A DNA stretch of 64,000 nt, taken from NCBI GenBank assembly GCA_963837375.1, contig CAWINL010000003.1, positions 12,808-76,807 of the forward strand. Direction: 5' to 3'. Each line of letters opens with the position of its first letter. Position 1 is the first letter of the stretch. Below the pieces are notes generated by a model, which was not told where the DNA came from, did not search any database, and saw only the letters and a list, made by a program, of their open reading frames with translations. Of this stretch, positions 1-14,186 are shown piece after piece. Source of the DNA: an uncultured Alphaproteobacteria bacterium (GTDB lineage: Bacteria > Pseudomonadota > Alphaproteobacteria > Rhizobiales > Beijerinckiaceae). Position numbers and translations under genes: made by a program.

Positions 1-343
1 GACCCGTCCCGCCTCGCGCAAGCGCTCCGGACAAGCCGAAGCGCCATCGGCAAGGTCGCAGACGATCGTCTCGACCGCGCCGCCTCGACGGGCCGGCCTC
101 CCACGGCTTCGCGATCAGCCTCGCGCCGTCCGACGGCGGGAAGGCTCCGGCCTATGGGGCAACGCTCGGCCGCCGCTCCGGCGACACCCTGAAACTCGTC
201 CTCGTTATCGGCGACGATCGAGACGCCGTTCTCGACGACCGTGCGACAGGTCGCCGAGCGCATGAATTGGCGCCCTGAGACGTTGTGTCTTGGGCCCAAT
301 CCCGTTAAGGCCGTTGGCGATCAGACAACAGCCCGAGGATCCC

Positions 344-583
344 ATGAAAGCCCGCGTCACCGTGACCCTCAAGAACGGCGTTCTCGATCCCCAGGGCAAG
401 GCCATCGAAGGCGCGTTGAAGTCCCTCGGCGTCGAGGGAATCGACGGCGTCCGCCAGGGCAAGGTTTTCGACATCGAGCTGGGAACGACCGACAAGGCCA
501 AGGCCGAAAGCACACTCAAGGCCGCCTGCGAGAAGCTTCTGGCCAATACGGTGATCGAGAATTATCGCGTCGAGATCGCGTGA
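344..583 (+). CDS. purS: Phosphoribosylformylglycinamidine synthase subunit PurS
   Basis: MKARVTVTLKNGVLDPQGKAI...LLANTVIENYR; lies upstream of purQ and purL. Confidence 0.95.
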   Translation: MKARVTVTLKNGVLDPQGKAIEGALKSLGVEGIDGVRQGKVFDIELGTTDKAKAESTLKAACEKLLANTVIENYRVEIA

Positions 584-590
584 GGCAGCC

Positions 591-1291
591 ATGAAATCCG
601 CCGTCGTCGTATTCCCCGGCTCCAATCGCGAAGGCGACGTCATGCGGGCGCTCGCGCAGGCGGGCTCACACGGTCGAGAAGGTCTGGCATGCCGAGACCG
701 CGCTGCCCTCCGGCACCGACCTCGTCGTGCTGCCCGGCGGCTTTTCCTATGGCGATTATCTGCGCTGCGGCGCCATCGCGGGCCGGGCGACGGTCATGGA
801 TGCGGTGCGGGCCCATGCGGCGCGCGGCGGATTGGTGCTGGGCATCTGCAACGGCTTCCAGATCCTGTGCGAATCCGGGCTGCTGCCGGGCATCCTGATG
901 CGCAACGCCAACCTGAAATTCATCTGCCACCGGCAGTTCCTGCGCGTCGAGCGCAACGACACGGCGTTTCACCAGGCGCTACGCGAAGGGACAGGCCATC
1001 GACGTTTGCGTGGCCCATGGCGAAGGCAATTACACCGCCGATCAGGAGACCCTCCGCCGCCTGGAAGGCGACGGGCTCGTGGCGTTCCGCTATTGCGATG
1101 CGCGCGGCGAGGTGACGGACGACGCCAATCGCAACGGCTCGATGAACGCCATCGCGGGCATCTATTCCGAGAAGCTCAACGTGCTGGGCATGATGCCGCA
1201 TCCCGAGAATCTGATCGAAAATCTCGTTGGCGGCACCGACGGCCGCGGCCTGTTCGAGAGCCTCGTGTCGAGCGCCGCGAAAGCGGCTTGA
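591..1291 (+). CDS. purQ: FGAM synthase glutaminase subunit PurQ (frameshifted, probably sequencing error)
   Basis: [28 protein letters not shown] and MMPHPE motifs spread over three frames. Confidence 0.93.
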
Positions 1292-1411
1292 ATGCAAGAC
1301 CGGGGACGACGCTCCCCGCCTCTTTCGGATCGGGTTGAAGCCCACCTCGAATGAGGCCACCTGATTGCCCAACCGCCCGGCCCGCTGGCTGAGCAAAAAA
1401 GCGAGAGCCCG

Positions 1412-3625
<2,214 letters not shown>

Positions 3626-3638
3626 GGACGTCAGATCC

Positions 3639-3875
3639 ATGCCGATGAATGCAACCGACATCGAAACCCTGATCAAGGCGGCGATCCCCGATGCCGTCGT
3701 CGAGATCAGGGATCTCGCCGGCGACGGCGACCACTACGCCGCGACCGTGACGTCCCTCGCTTTCAAGGGAAAATCCCGCGTCCAGCAGCACCAGATGGTC
3801 TATGGGGCGCTGCAGGGCCGCATGGGGGGCGTCCTGCACGCCCTTGCGCTGACGACGGTCGCACCCGACAATTAG
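3639..3875 (+). CDS. bolA: BolA/IbaG family protein
   Basis: GDHY...[14 protein letters not shown]...LHAL; adjacent to grxD. Confidence 0.9.
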   Translation: MPMNATDIETLIKAAIPDAVVEIRDLAGDGDHYAATVTSLAFKGKSRVQQHQMVYGALQGRMGGVLHALALTTVAPDN

Positions 3876-3919
3876 GATCGAGACCCGGCGCCTTGAACGC
3901 CGCGGAACAGGAGAGACCG

Positions 3920-4255
3920 ATGACCGATGCCCGCCAGGCGATCGACAACGAAGTGAAGTCCAACGACGTGGTGCTGTTCATGAAGGGCACGCCCCAGTTC
4001 CCCATGTGCGGCTTTTCGGGCCAGGTGGTGCAGATCCTTGGGTATCTCGGCGTGCCGTATAAAGGCGTCAACGTCCTCGACGACGAGGGCATCCGCCAGG
4101 GCATCAAGGAATATTCGAGCTGGCCGACCATTCCCCAGCTCTACGTGAAAGGCGAATTCGTCGGCGGCTGCGACATCACCCGCGAGATGTTCCAGGCCGG
4201 CGAATTGCAGCAGCTCTTCGTCGACAAGGGCATCGCGGTCAAGCAGACGGCCTGA
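3920..4255 (+). CDS. grxD: Monothiol glutaredoxin Grx4
   Basis: [12 protein letters not shown] and GGCDI motifs. Confidence 0.95.
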   Translation: MTDARQAIDNEVKSNDVVLFMKGTPQFPMCGFSGQVVQILGYLGVPYKGVNVLDDEGIRQGIKEYSSWPTIPQLYVKGEFVGGCDITREMFQAGELQQLFVDKGIAVKQTA

Positions 4256-4278
4256 GACAGGCGTCGGCAGGGCGATCG

Positions 4279-4305
4279 AAGGCGGGGCAAGGCTCCGCCT
4301 TTTTT
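4279..4305 (+). terminator. Intrinsic terminator after grxD
   Basis: AAGGCGGGGC-aag-GCTCCGCCTT hairpin followed by a T tract. Confidence 0.7.
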
Positions 4306-4436
4306 GTGTTCGGCCGGCATTGCCCGCGACATCGCTCCAATGGGCAAACGCCCCGCCTCGCCCGCACAATATCTCGTCCCGGTGCAACAAAGCCGCACGT
4401 TCTCATGATGCGGCGCCGGGGCCGGGGGTTTTTGCA

Positions 4437-4758
4437 ATGATCGAAGAGCGCACGAATGTCATCCCGCTGAAACGGCGGGACTTTCGCAACGCCGCTGCCG
4501 CCGCCGAAGACCATTCTCGAGCGGATATACACAGCCGGCTCCCTTGCGCTTCCGGCCGACGACGTCGCCACCAAGATGGCGGCGGTGATGCTGCAGGCCT
4601 TGGGCTTCATCGTGATCGACGAAATTCTGGCGGACGGGACGCCGCGGCGGCTCGAAAGGGGCAAGGCCCGCTCGGCGATGGACCGGCCTTGGCGCCTCGC
4701 CAAAGCCGGATTTTCAGGAGAAATCGGAGTGCCGGACGCGACCATTGCCGACCGCTAG
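4437..4758 (+). CDS. Hypothetical protein (~106 aa after one indel correction)
   Basis: MIEERTNVIPLKRRDF joins ...TKMAAVMLQALGFIVIDEIL... when one base is removed. Confidence 0.55.
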
Positions 4759-5394
4759 GGCCTCACGGCCTGCCTCTCGATGAACGCGACGGCATCCGGC
4801 GAGGCCCATTCGGCGGGGCCTTTGAGAAGCGCGATCTCGCACCCCGATCGAATCGACCAGCATCGTTGTCGGCAATCCGACCGCATGGCCCGATTTCTGC
4901 AGGACTTGCAGGAGCTTCCCGCTCGGATCCGCATAATAGGCGAGGTTGCGGATGCCGTTCTGCTGCAGCCAGGCCTTGGGTTTCTCCGGGTTGCGCGTGT
5001 CGACATTGATCGCCACGACCTCGAAGCCCGGGCCGCCGAACTCGGCCTGCAGCTTGTCCAGCGCCGGCATCTCCTCGCGGCAGGGCACGCACCAGGTCGC
5101 CCAAAGGTTGACGAGCACCGTCCGGCCCTTGAAATCCGCAAGCTCGCGCGGGCGCTCATCGGCGTCTTTGAAGGCCACGACCGGCGGCGGCTTGGGGGCC
5201 GCATTGAGGGCCAACGCGGCGACTTCGCCCCTTGCCAGGGGCTTGAGCCGCTCGGACAGGCCCGCCGAGGCGCGGCATTCGCCGGTCTCGGGCGGCGCAG
5301 CACCTCTTGTATGCAGAATGTAGAACCCGGCGGCCGCGCCAAGGACGAGAACGAGAGCAACCGGGATCATGCGGGAGCGGGAAAGGATCGACAT
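4755..5394 (-). CDS. tlpA: TlpA thiol:disulfide interchange protein (frameshift near C-terminus)
   Basis: N-terminal membrane anchor, NLWATWCVPC, GLPTT, GPAEWAS. Confidence 0.88.
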
Positions 5395-5549
5395 GGCGGG
5401 GATGTGCCGTGTTTTGGCCCAAGCCTCAAGCGAACAAACGCTGAGCGACCAACGAACTTCATCACGATCACGTGGCGCAGCCTAGGTCCACGTTTTGCAA
5501 GGGAGACCCCGGCACACAAGGTGCGCCGGGGTCGTCCCGATTATCGGGA

Positions 5550-7184
5550 TCAGATGACGAAGAAGTCGCCTGCTTTCAGGTTAAGGCCCCGGGCCAGCTG
5601 GGCAATGACAACTTCGCCGCCCCGCCCCGTGCCGTCGGCGTCGAAGGAAAGGACACCCGTCGCCTTGTCGTAGAGAACGCGATCCTGAGCGTCCCCCGCA
5701 TTGGCGCCGACGTGGAAGGCGTCGGAGCCGAGTTTGCCGGCCTTGCCGAGCTTCGCCATGAACCTGTTCTCGAGTTCGAAGGTGTCATCCCTGACATTGA
5801 AATCCAGGACGCGGTCGATGTTGGTCCGTGATAACCTGGTGTCGAATACGTACGTATCGTTGCCAAGCCCGCCGCGCAGAACATCGTTTCCGAGCCCGCC
5901 CTGGAGGATATCGTCGCCCCCGAGCCCTGTCAGGATATCCCGACCCGCGGTGGCCTCAATGGTGTTGGCGGTGTTCGAACCGACCAGGGTGAGACCGGTC
6001 TGGCTGAGCGGCGAGGCCGCGAGCAGAAATTCAACCTCGGCTGCGGTCGCAAGCGTATATCCGACACTGGTGCGAACGATATCCACGCCTCCGGCGGCAC
6101 TCTCATCGACGACATCGAGGGCATTGTCCACGATGTATGTATCATTGCCGGCGCCTCCGATCAGTTGATCTCCTCCGGCAGCGCCATCGAGAATGTTCGC
6201 CCCAGCGTTTCCGGTCAATGTGTTCGCGACCCGTTGCCGGTGAGATTGATGGACGCCGCCCCAGATGCGGCGCGAAGGTTCTCAAGGCCGGAAGCCAGAA
6301 CCGTATTTGCCAAGGCGGAGATAATCGTGTCCGTGCCGGCTGTGTCGACGATGACATCTCCCGCGTTGTCGATCACATAGGTGTCGTTGCCTCCACCGCC
6401 TTCGAGTCGGTCGGCACCGGCACCGCCGTCGAGCGTGTCGTTTCCGTCGAGGCCGATAAGCGTATTGCTCCCCGAATTTCCCGTCAGGCTGTTGTCGAGC
6501 GTATTGCCTGTCCCGGCAAAATTGCCGGTTCCGGTAAGAACCAGATTTTCGAAGTTGTTCTGAAGTGTATGGGTTAAGGACGCGAGAACCGTGTCGTTTC
6601 CTTCATTGACGACCTCCACGAGCGTCTCATTTGCAGCGTCTACGACATATACGTCGTCCCCACTCCCGCCGGTCATCTGGTCGACGCCAAGTCCGCCATC
6701 GAGCCTATCGCTTCCGACACCTCCCAAAAGCTCATCATCTCCATCGCCGCCGGACAGCGAGTCGTTGCCGATTCCACCCGTCAAGGATGTTGGCGGATTC
6801 ATTGCCGATGATGACATTATCCAGAGCGTTGCCGGTTCCGTCGATCGCGCCCTCCCCCGTCGCCAGGGTCAAATTCTCCACGTTCGCGACGGTGACCAGG
6901 GAAAAATCGAGCGACGCCAACACGCGATCCGTGCCTCCATCGGCAAGTTCGGTAATGCTATCGCCGGCGTTATCCACCGAATAAGTATCGTTGCCTGATC
7001 CGCCGGCGAGGGTGTCGGCCCCGACGCCCCCATCCAGGATATTATCGAAGGCGTTGCCGGTGACGGTATTGTCCAAATCGTTGCCAAGGACGTTGGCGGC
7101 CCCGGCGGCAGCTGGCATCGTGAAGGCTCCGGCCTCGGTTCCTTCGAATACGTAGAGTTGCAGAGCTTGGTTGAATAGCGGCAT
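5550..7184 (-). CDS. RTX-type calcium-binding secreted protein (three frameshifted segments)
   Basis: Many GGxGxDxL nonapeptides; serralysin-like C-terminus YDKATGVLSFDADG...DFFVI. Confidence 0.85.
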
Positions 7185-7460
7185 CGAAAGACTCCTTGAT
7201 GTCTCTAATGGGATAAAAAATCAGCTGATAGGGCGAGTTGTTTCGAATCGTTATACCATGACAGCTACCGGATAACATTCTGGGTTGTAATTGGTTCCCC
7301 CTGCGTCAATCCAACCACCCCGATCCACTTCGCAATTCAGGCCGCTGCTCCGCTTGCGCCTGTTCCTGAATTGAAGGTCGTGGAATTCGCCTGACGCGCT
7401 TTGGCCCCTCGCATCGCCGCCCGGATGTCGTTATGGTGCGGCCAAGTTTCGGAGCATCTG

Positions 7461-7712
7461 ATGTCGTCCAGCCTCGCGTTCTCCCGTGTCCTTCTGGTCG
7501 CGGGCCTTGTCATCCTCGGTCTTTCCGCCTGCGGCCGCCGCGGCGCCCTCGAGGCGCCGCCCGATCCCAACGCGGCGCCTGCCCAACAGGGCGTGGACGG
7601 GACGGGCGCATCGCAGGGCGCCTTGCCGTCCCCCGTGGGGACCCCGCGCAAGACATCGAACCGGCCCGTCACCGTGCCGAAGACCCCGTTCATTCTCGAT
7701 CCGATTCTCTAA
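7461..7712 (+). CDS. Small lipoprotein (LptM/LppL-like)
   Basis: Lipobox LSAC-GRRGALEAP; C-terminal PFILDPIL; directly upstream of lysA. Confidence 0.75.
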   Translation: MSSSLAFSRVLLVAGLVILGLSACGRRGALEAPPDPNAAPAQQGVDGTGASQGALPSPVGTPRKTSNRPVTVPKTPFILDPIL

Positions 7713-7721
7713 GGCGCAGCC

Positions 7722-8990
7722 ATGCATCACTTTGCCTATCGCGACGGCGTCCTGCACGCCGAGGACGTGGATCTGCGTCGGATCGCCGATGAGGTGGGCA
7801 CGCCGTTCTATTGCTATTCGTCGGCGACGCTGGAGCGACATTATCGCGTCTTCGCGGAGGCTTTTGCCGACCGCGACGCCCTCGTCTGCTATGCGGTGAA
7901 GGCCAATTCCAACCAGGCGGTGCTGCGGACGCTCGGCGAACTCGGCGCCGGCATGGACATCGTGTCGGAGGGCGAACTGCGCCGGGCCCTCGCGGCCGGG
8001 GTGCCGGGGGAACGCATCGTGTTTTCGGGCGTCGGGAAGACCCGACGCGAAATGGCTTTCGCGCTCGACAGCGGCATCCTGTGCTTCAACGTGGAATCCG
8101 AGCCCGAGTTGGAAGCATTGTCCGAAGTCGCCGTTTCCAAAGGGGTGCGCGCCCCGATTTCGATCCGCATCAATCCGGATGTGGATGCCAAGACCCACAA
8201 GAAGATTTCGACCGGAAAATCCGAGAACAAGTTCGGCATCCCGATCGCCCGCGCGCGCGATGTCTACACGCGCGCCGCAAGCCTGCCCGGCATCGAGGTC
8301 ACGGGCGTCGACATGCATATCGGCAGCCAGATCGTCGATCTGGAGCCCTTCGACAACGCTACGGCTCTTCTGGCGGAGCTGGCGCGGGACCTGATGGCGG
8401 ACGGCCACCATCTGCGCCACATCGATCTCGGCGGCGGCCTCGGCATCCCCTATCGCACCGACAACGAACCGCCGCCGGATCCGCAGGCCTATGCGACCAT
8501 CATCAAGCGCCACACCGACAATCTCGGTCTCAAGCTCGTCTTCGAGATGGGCCGCCTGATCGCCGGCAATGCCGGCATCCTCGTGACCCAGGTGATCTAC
8601 GTGAAGGAGGGCGCCGACAAATCCTTCGTGATCGTGGACGCGGCCATGAACGACCTGATCCGTCCGACCCTTTATGACGCCTACCACGACATCAAACCGG
8701 TGATCGAGCCCGGTCCGGCGACCGAACGGCTGGTCGGCGACATCGTCGGCCCGGTCTGCGAAACCGGCGATTATCTCGCCCTGGCGCGGGACCTGCCGAC
8801 CGTCAAGGCGGGCGATCTCATCGCCATCATGACCACCGGCGCCTACGGGGCCGTGACCGCCAACACCTACAACACCCGCCTGTTGATCCCCGAGATCATG
8901 GTCAAGAACGGCGGCCACGCCGTCGTGCGTCCAAGGCAGACCTACGACGACCTCATCGGGCTCGATCGGCTGCCCGGCTGGCTGTCCTGA
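7722..8990 (+). CDS. lysA: Diaminopimelate decarboxylase
   Basis: YAVKAN, HIGSQ, GPVCETGD and GAYG motifs; intact 422 aa. Confidence 0.97.
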   Translation: MHHFAYRDGVLHAEDVDLRRIADEVGTPFYCYSSATLERHYRVFAEAFADRDALVCYAVKANSNQAVLRTLGELGAGMDIVSEGELRRALAAGVPGERIVFSGVGKTRREMAFALDSGILCFNVESEPELEALSEVAVSKGVRAPISIRINPDVDAKTHKKISTGKSENKFGIPIARARDVYTRAASLPGIEVTGVDMHIGSQIVDLEPFDNATALLAELARDLMADGHHLRHIDLGGGLGIPYRTDNEPPPDPQAYATIIKRHTDNLGLKLVFEMGRLIAGNAGILVTQVIYVKEGADKSFVIVDAAMNDLIRPTLYDAYHDIKPVIEPGPATERLVGDIVGPVCETGDYLALARDLPTVKAGDLIAIMTTGAYGAVTANTYNTRLLIPEIMVKNGGHAVVRPRQTYDDLIGLDRLPGWLS

Positions 8991-9167
8991 AACAGACAAG
9001 CCCCGGTGCCTTTGTTGGTGCCTGAGGGTGCCTCCCCCTTCCGTCCTCGTCATCTTGTGAACGCGTTTCGCCCTCATCCTCGCGTCGTTAGGTCAATCAT
9101 CGCTGGCCACGACCCGGCGTCATGCTAGCTTCGTCGGGATGTCGCGCTTCACGAGGAGACGGATGGG

Positions 9168-11780
9168 ATGAGCGAAGGCCCGGGCGGTACGCCCGCCCCA
9201 AGCCAGACCGTGTCCCGCTTTCGGGAGTTGGTCGTGCGCGCCGGGCAGGGCGCTTGCGATCGAACGGGTATGGCCGCTCGTGTGGCTGCCGATCGCGGTC
9301 GTCCTCGTCTTCCTCGACAATCTCCTGGCTCGGGGCTTGGCTCGATCTCGGCGCCGACCGCGCGGATGGTCGGTGTCGGGCTCTTCGTTCTTCTGCTGGC
9401 GGCCTCGTTCTGGCCCCTCGTCCGGCTTGCCGCCGCCCCACGCGCGCGGAGGTTCTGGGACGGATCGACCGGGATACCGGGATCGGGCACGCGCCCGCCC
9501 ACGCGCTCGTCGACACGCTGGCGATCGGCTCCGCCGATCCCGGCACGCGCGCGCTCTGGGCGCTCCACCGCCGCCGCGCCGAGGATGCGATCCGCAACAT
9601 GCGGGTGGCGGCGGCCGCGTCCCGACATGCCCAGGCGCGACCGCTATGCCCTGCGGGCGGTGGCGGTACTGGCGCTCGTTGCGAGCGCGTTCGTGGCGGG
9701 ACCCGAAATGGGACCGCGCCTCACCGCGGCCTTCGACTGGCGCAGCCCGCCGAGGCGGGTCCGGCCTTCCGGATCGACGGCTGGGTCGACCCGCCGCTCT
9801 ATACTCGCGCGCCGCCCGGTCATGATCGATCTCGCCAAGAGCCAGACCTTGCGCGCGCCCGATCCATTCGACGGTCGTGATCCGCATCGCCGGCGAGGGC
9901 ACGGCCGAGATCACGGCAGGCGCCGGTCTCGCGCCCCTCCCGCCCGAAGCAAGGCGCGCGGACGGATCTGCGCGAGGAGCGCTTCACGCTCGAAGGCAAC
10001 GCCGAGATCACCGTCAAGACGGGCTTTGCCAGCACGGCCCGCCTGACCTTCGAGGCCATCCCCGACCGGGCGCCGGAAATCGCCTTTTCGGGGCCGCCGG
10101 AGGCCAACGACAAAGGCGGCTTCACCCTCTCCTACAAGGGGCGGGACGATTACGGCATCGCCTCGATCGAGGGCCTGGTCGAGCGCGCCGGCAGCCTCAC
10201 AGGCCGCAGCCTCGTGCCTGCCCCCACGCTCTCTCTGGCGATCCCCAGCCATGAGGATAATGCGCCCGAGACCCGCTCGCTCGTCGATCTGTCGACCCAT
10301 CCCTGGGCCGGCGCGCAGGTTCGCATCCGGCTGCGCGTGAAGGACGAGGCCGGCCAGGAGGCGCATGAGCGAAACCGTCGAGTTCACCCTGCCGCAGCGG
10401 CCCTTCTCCAATCCGCTGGCGAAAGCGCTCGTCGAACAGCGCCGCAACCTCATTCTGGCGCCGGACGATCGCAAGCGCGTCCAGACCGCGCTCGATGCCC
10501 TGCTGATCGAGCCCGAAACCTTCACCCCCCAATGGGGCGTGTTCATGGGCCTGCGACTCGGCGCCGACCGCCTGCGCAGGGCGCGCAGCGACGAGGCCCT
10601 GGTCGAAGTGGCGGATTGGCTGTGGACCATGGCGCTGCAGATCGAGGACGGCAATCTGTCGGACAGCGAGCAGCAATTGCGCGCCGCGCAGGACCGGCTG
10701 AAGGAGGCCATGGACCGCGGCGCGTCCGAACGAGGAGATCAGGCGCCTGACCGACGAATTGCGCCAGGCCATGGACCGGTTCCTGCGGGAATTCGCCCAG
10801 CGCATGCAGGACAATCCCACGGCGCAGGATCCCAACGCGCGCCAGCCCGACCGGGTGATTTCCCAGAACGACCTCAACCGCATGCTCGAGAAGATGGAAG
10901 ACGCCATGCGGCGCGGCGACATGGCCGAGGCCGAGCGCCTGCTCAACGAGCTTCGCAACATCCTGGAGAACCTGCGGACCGCCCAGCCCAACAGCCGGAT
11001 GACCGACCCCCTCGGCCGCGAGATGCAGCAATCGATGCGCGACCTCGAGGACATGGCGCGCGACCAGCAGAACCTGCGGGACGACACGTTCCGGGACGGC
11101 CAGAACCGGCGGATGCAGCAGGGCGATCGGAGCCGGCAGCAGCAGCGCCAGGGCAGCGGCAGCGCGGTCAGCCGGGCGAACCAGGGCGACGATCAGGAAC
11201 AGGCCGAGAATGGCGAGAACGGCGAGCAGGGAGACCAGCAGCAGCAAGGCCAGGGTCTGAGCCAGCGCCAGCAGGCCCTCCGGGAGCGCCTGCGCGAGAT
11301 TGCAGCGGCGGATGCAGGGCCAGGGAATGCAGAACGAGCAGGGTCTCGGGGACGCCGAGGACGCCATGCGCGAGGCCGAAGGCGCGCTCGGCCAGGGGCA
11401 GGACGGCGAAGCGGTCGATGCCCAGGGCCGCGCTCTCGAAGGCCTGCGGCGAGGCATGCAGGGCATGGCCCAGCAAATGCAGCAGATGCAGCAGGGCACA
11501 GGGCAGGGTCAGCAGGGCGGCGAGCAGGCCGGGCGATCAGCGGGGCAATCAGGCGATCCCAAGGGACCCGCGGGCGGGCAACGCAGCGCGACAACGACCC
11601 GCTCGGCCGCCCGACGCGCTCCCGCGAGGCGTGCGAGGGCCGGAGCCAATCCCGGGCGTCGAGCGAACGCCGCCGAACGGGCCGCGCCGCATTCTCGACG
11701 AACTGCGGCGCAAGCTCGGCGACCCGACGCGATCCCAGGACGAGCTGGATTATTTCGACCGGCTGCTGCGGCGCAACTGA
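9168..11780 (+). CDS. TIGR02302/DUF4175 family membrane protein (multiple frameshifts)
   Basis: IDGWVDPPLYT, DLSTHPWAG, LPQRPFSNPLAKALVEQRR, Q-rich coiled coils, ELDYFDRLL terminus; follows lysA. Confidence 0.8.
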
Positions 11781-11868
11781 CAACTTCGCACTTGCCCGTG
11801 CACCTTGCGCTGATGTGCCGGTTCGCGCCACCTTCCGCGCCGCCTTGTTCCTCGCTGATGGAAACCCG

Positions 11869-12060
11869 ATGAACAGTTTCGTCGATCTTCTCGTCCCGCT
11901 CGCCGTTCTTGCCGTCGCGATCGTCCTCGTGCTGGGACTTTTCAACATGCTGCGCGGCGGCAATGCGAACACGTCCCAGCGACTCATGCGCATTCGCGTT
12001 CTGCTGCAATTCGTGGCCATCATCATCATCATGGGCGTCATCTGGTGGCGCGCGGTTTGA
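11869..12060 (+). CDS. HIG1-domain twin-transmembrane small protein
   Basis: GLFNMLRGG...SQRLMRIRVLLQF. Confidence 0.85.
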   Translation: MNSFVDLLVPLAVLAVAIVLVLGLFNMLRGGNANTSQRLMRIRVLLQFVAIIIIMGVIWWRAV

Positions 12061-12175
12061 TCGTGCCAGTATTGACAGCATCCCGGTCGCCGTCCTCTAT
12101 AAGACTTCATTAGCCATGGTTCGATATGCTGCCGTGGCCACATTACTCTTTGTTCAGTATTGGAACGACCCCCGT

Positions 12176-12758
12176 ATGCGTTTGGGCACAGTTACAGGTC
12201 TGAGCCTTTTGCTCGCAGTCGTCGGCGGCCCCTTGCGCCCTGCGCGCAGGACTGGAAAAAGCCGGCCCGGTACCCAACCAAGCCTGCTGTCGGAATTCCG
12301 CTTCGGCTTTTCGGCGCAGGATCCCTGGGGCACCGAGGGCGCGGCAATTCTGGCCAATCTGACGGGCGAAATCCTGTTCGCCAAGCCGTTCACGGCCTCC
12401 GACCTCTTCACCAGCTATTTCATTCCCCGTCCCCATGTGGGCGGCAGCCTGAACTTCGACGGCCAGACGAGCTTTGCCTATGCGGGCCTGTCCTGGACCG
12501 TCGACATCACGCCGCGCTCTTCGTCGAGGGCAGCCTCGGCGGCGCGTTCCATGACGGCGAGCACCAGCACGCGCCGGCCCGCGCAACGTCGAATCGCTGG
12601 GCTGCTCGCCGCTCTTCCGCGAATCCGGCTCGGTCGGCGTGCGGCTTTCGGCGAACTGGAGCGTGATGGCGACCCTCGAGCACCTGACCAATGCCGGCGC
12701 ATGCTCGGACAATCGCGGCCTGACCAATGTGGGCGCGCGGGTCGGCTATACATTCTGA
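12176..12758 (+). CDS. PagL-like lipid A deacylase / acyloxyacyl hydrolase beta-barrel (frameshifted)
   Basis: PRPHVG, LFRES, EHLTNAG...NRGLTNVGARVGYTF with terminal Phe. Confidence 0.7.
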
Positions 12759-12780
12759 CCGCATCACTCTGGAGAGCCCC

Positions 12781-13358
12781 ATGGTCGTTCTGAACCGGAT
12801 CTATACCCGCACGGGCGATACCGGCACGACGGCTCTGGCAGCCGGAGGGCGGCGCCCGAAATACGATCTTCGCATCGAGGCCTTACGGCACGGTCGACGA
12901 GACCAATGCGTGCCTCGGCCTGGTCCGTCTGCACACGTCGGGCGATCCGCTCGATGCCATTCTCGGCCGCATCCAGAACGATCTCTTCGATCTCGGCTCC
13001 GACCTGGCGACGGTCGAGACCGGCAAGCCCCTCCCCTACGCGCCCCTGCGCATCACGCCAAGGTCAGGTCGATCGACTCGAGCGCGAGATCGACGAGATG
13101 AACGCGCATCTGTCGACCCTGCGCTCCTTCGTGCTGCCGGGCGGAACCGCCGCCGCCGCCGCCCTCCATCTGGCGCGGACGGTCTGCCGCCGCGCCGAAC
13201 GCCGCGTGGTCGAACTTGCCGGGAAGCCGGACGAAGTCGTGTCGCCCGAGGCGGTGCGCTATCTCAACCGCCTGTCGGATCTTCTTTTCGTCGCGTCACG
13301 CTACATCAACGACAAAGGCGCGCTGGACGTCCTCTGGGTCCCCGGCCAGAACCGCTGA
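12781..13358 (+). CDS. PduO-type cob(I)alamin adenosyltransferase (frameshifted)
   Basis: [39 protein letters not shown]. Confidence 0.9.
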
Positions 13359-13366
13359 GCCGAGTC

Positions 13367-14081
13367 ATGTTCCTCCCGCTTCACGACGGCGTCCCGCTGA
13401 AGAACATGAAGACGCCGCTCGCGACGCGCGCGGCTGATCGGCGACCTGCATCGCCATGTACATTCTGACGTTTCACACGCCGATCGGCGCCGACGAGATG
13501 GTGGCGGGTTTCGGGCTGATCCCGGCGGTGCTGTTCGGCGCGGAAATCCTGCCCGACGGCTTTCCCTTCGTGCCGGTCGAGCTGACGCTCGTCGACGAAC
13601 ATCTTCCTGCACGGATCGATGTTTCACCTGATCGGCAACATGCTGTTCCTCTGGGTGTTCGGCGACAATGTCGAGGACGCCATGGGGCATTGGCGGTTTC
13701 TCGTGTTTTTCGTCGCTGTGCGGAACCGCCGCCAGCCTCGCTTCATGCGGTGCATCGATCCGGCATCCCACCGCCCGCTGATCGGCGCCTCCGGGGGCGT
13801 CTCGGGCATCGTCGCGGCCTATCTCATCCTCTATCCGCGGGTGCGGATCTGGGCCTTGTTCCTGAACGGCATTCCGCTGCGGCTTCCGGCCTATTGGGCG
13901 ATCGGCTTCTGGTTCGTGCTGCAATTCGCGTCGGCGTTCTTCAGCGCGCGATGACGGCGTGGGGTGGTTTGCGCATCTCGGCGGGTTCGTCGCCGGCGCC
14001 ATGCTGATCCCGCTGATGCGGCATCGCTACGATCCGCTGCTGGCGCGCGTCGCGGCGCAGGAGGTGCAAGCGCCGCGTTGA
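13367..14081 (+). CDS. Rhomboid intramembrane serine protease (frameshifted)
   Basis: [18 protein letters not shown] and GASGG motifs. Confidence 0.85.
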
Positions 14082-14105
14082 CAATCGTCGTCTGCGATAT
14101 AGGGT
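14078..14105 (+). promoter_or_regulatory. Putative sigma70 promoter of etfBA
   Basis: TTGACA-N16-TAGGGT upstream of etfB. Confidence 0.4.
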
Positions 14106-14186
14106 CCCGGCGAACATTTCCCTGCCCGTCCGGATAGGCGGCGATGCGCTCCATCCGGGCCTGATCTTGCGATGAGGACAGCTCTG

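Noticed and set aside
1-280. Possible 3' end of an upstream + strand gene
   Set aside because: No recognisable motif, and the frame is ambiguous because of indels.
5550-7184. Periodic DNA repeats that might be a CRISPR-like array
   Set aside because: Explained by RTX nonapeptide coding repeats. No constant repeat-spacer array was seen anywhere in the window.
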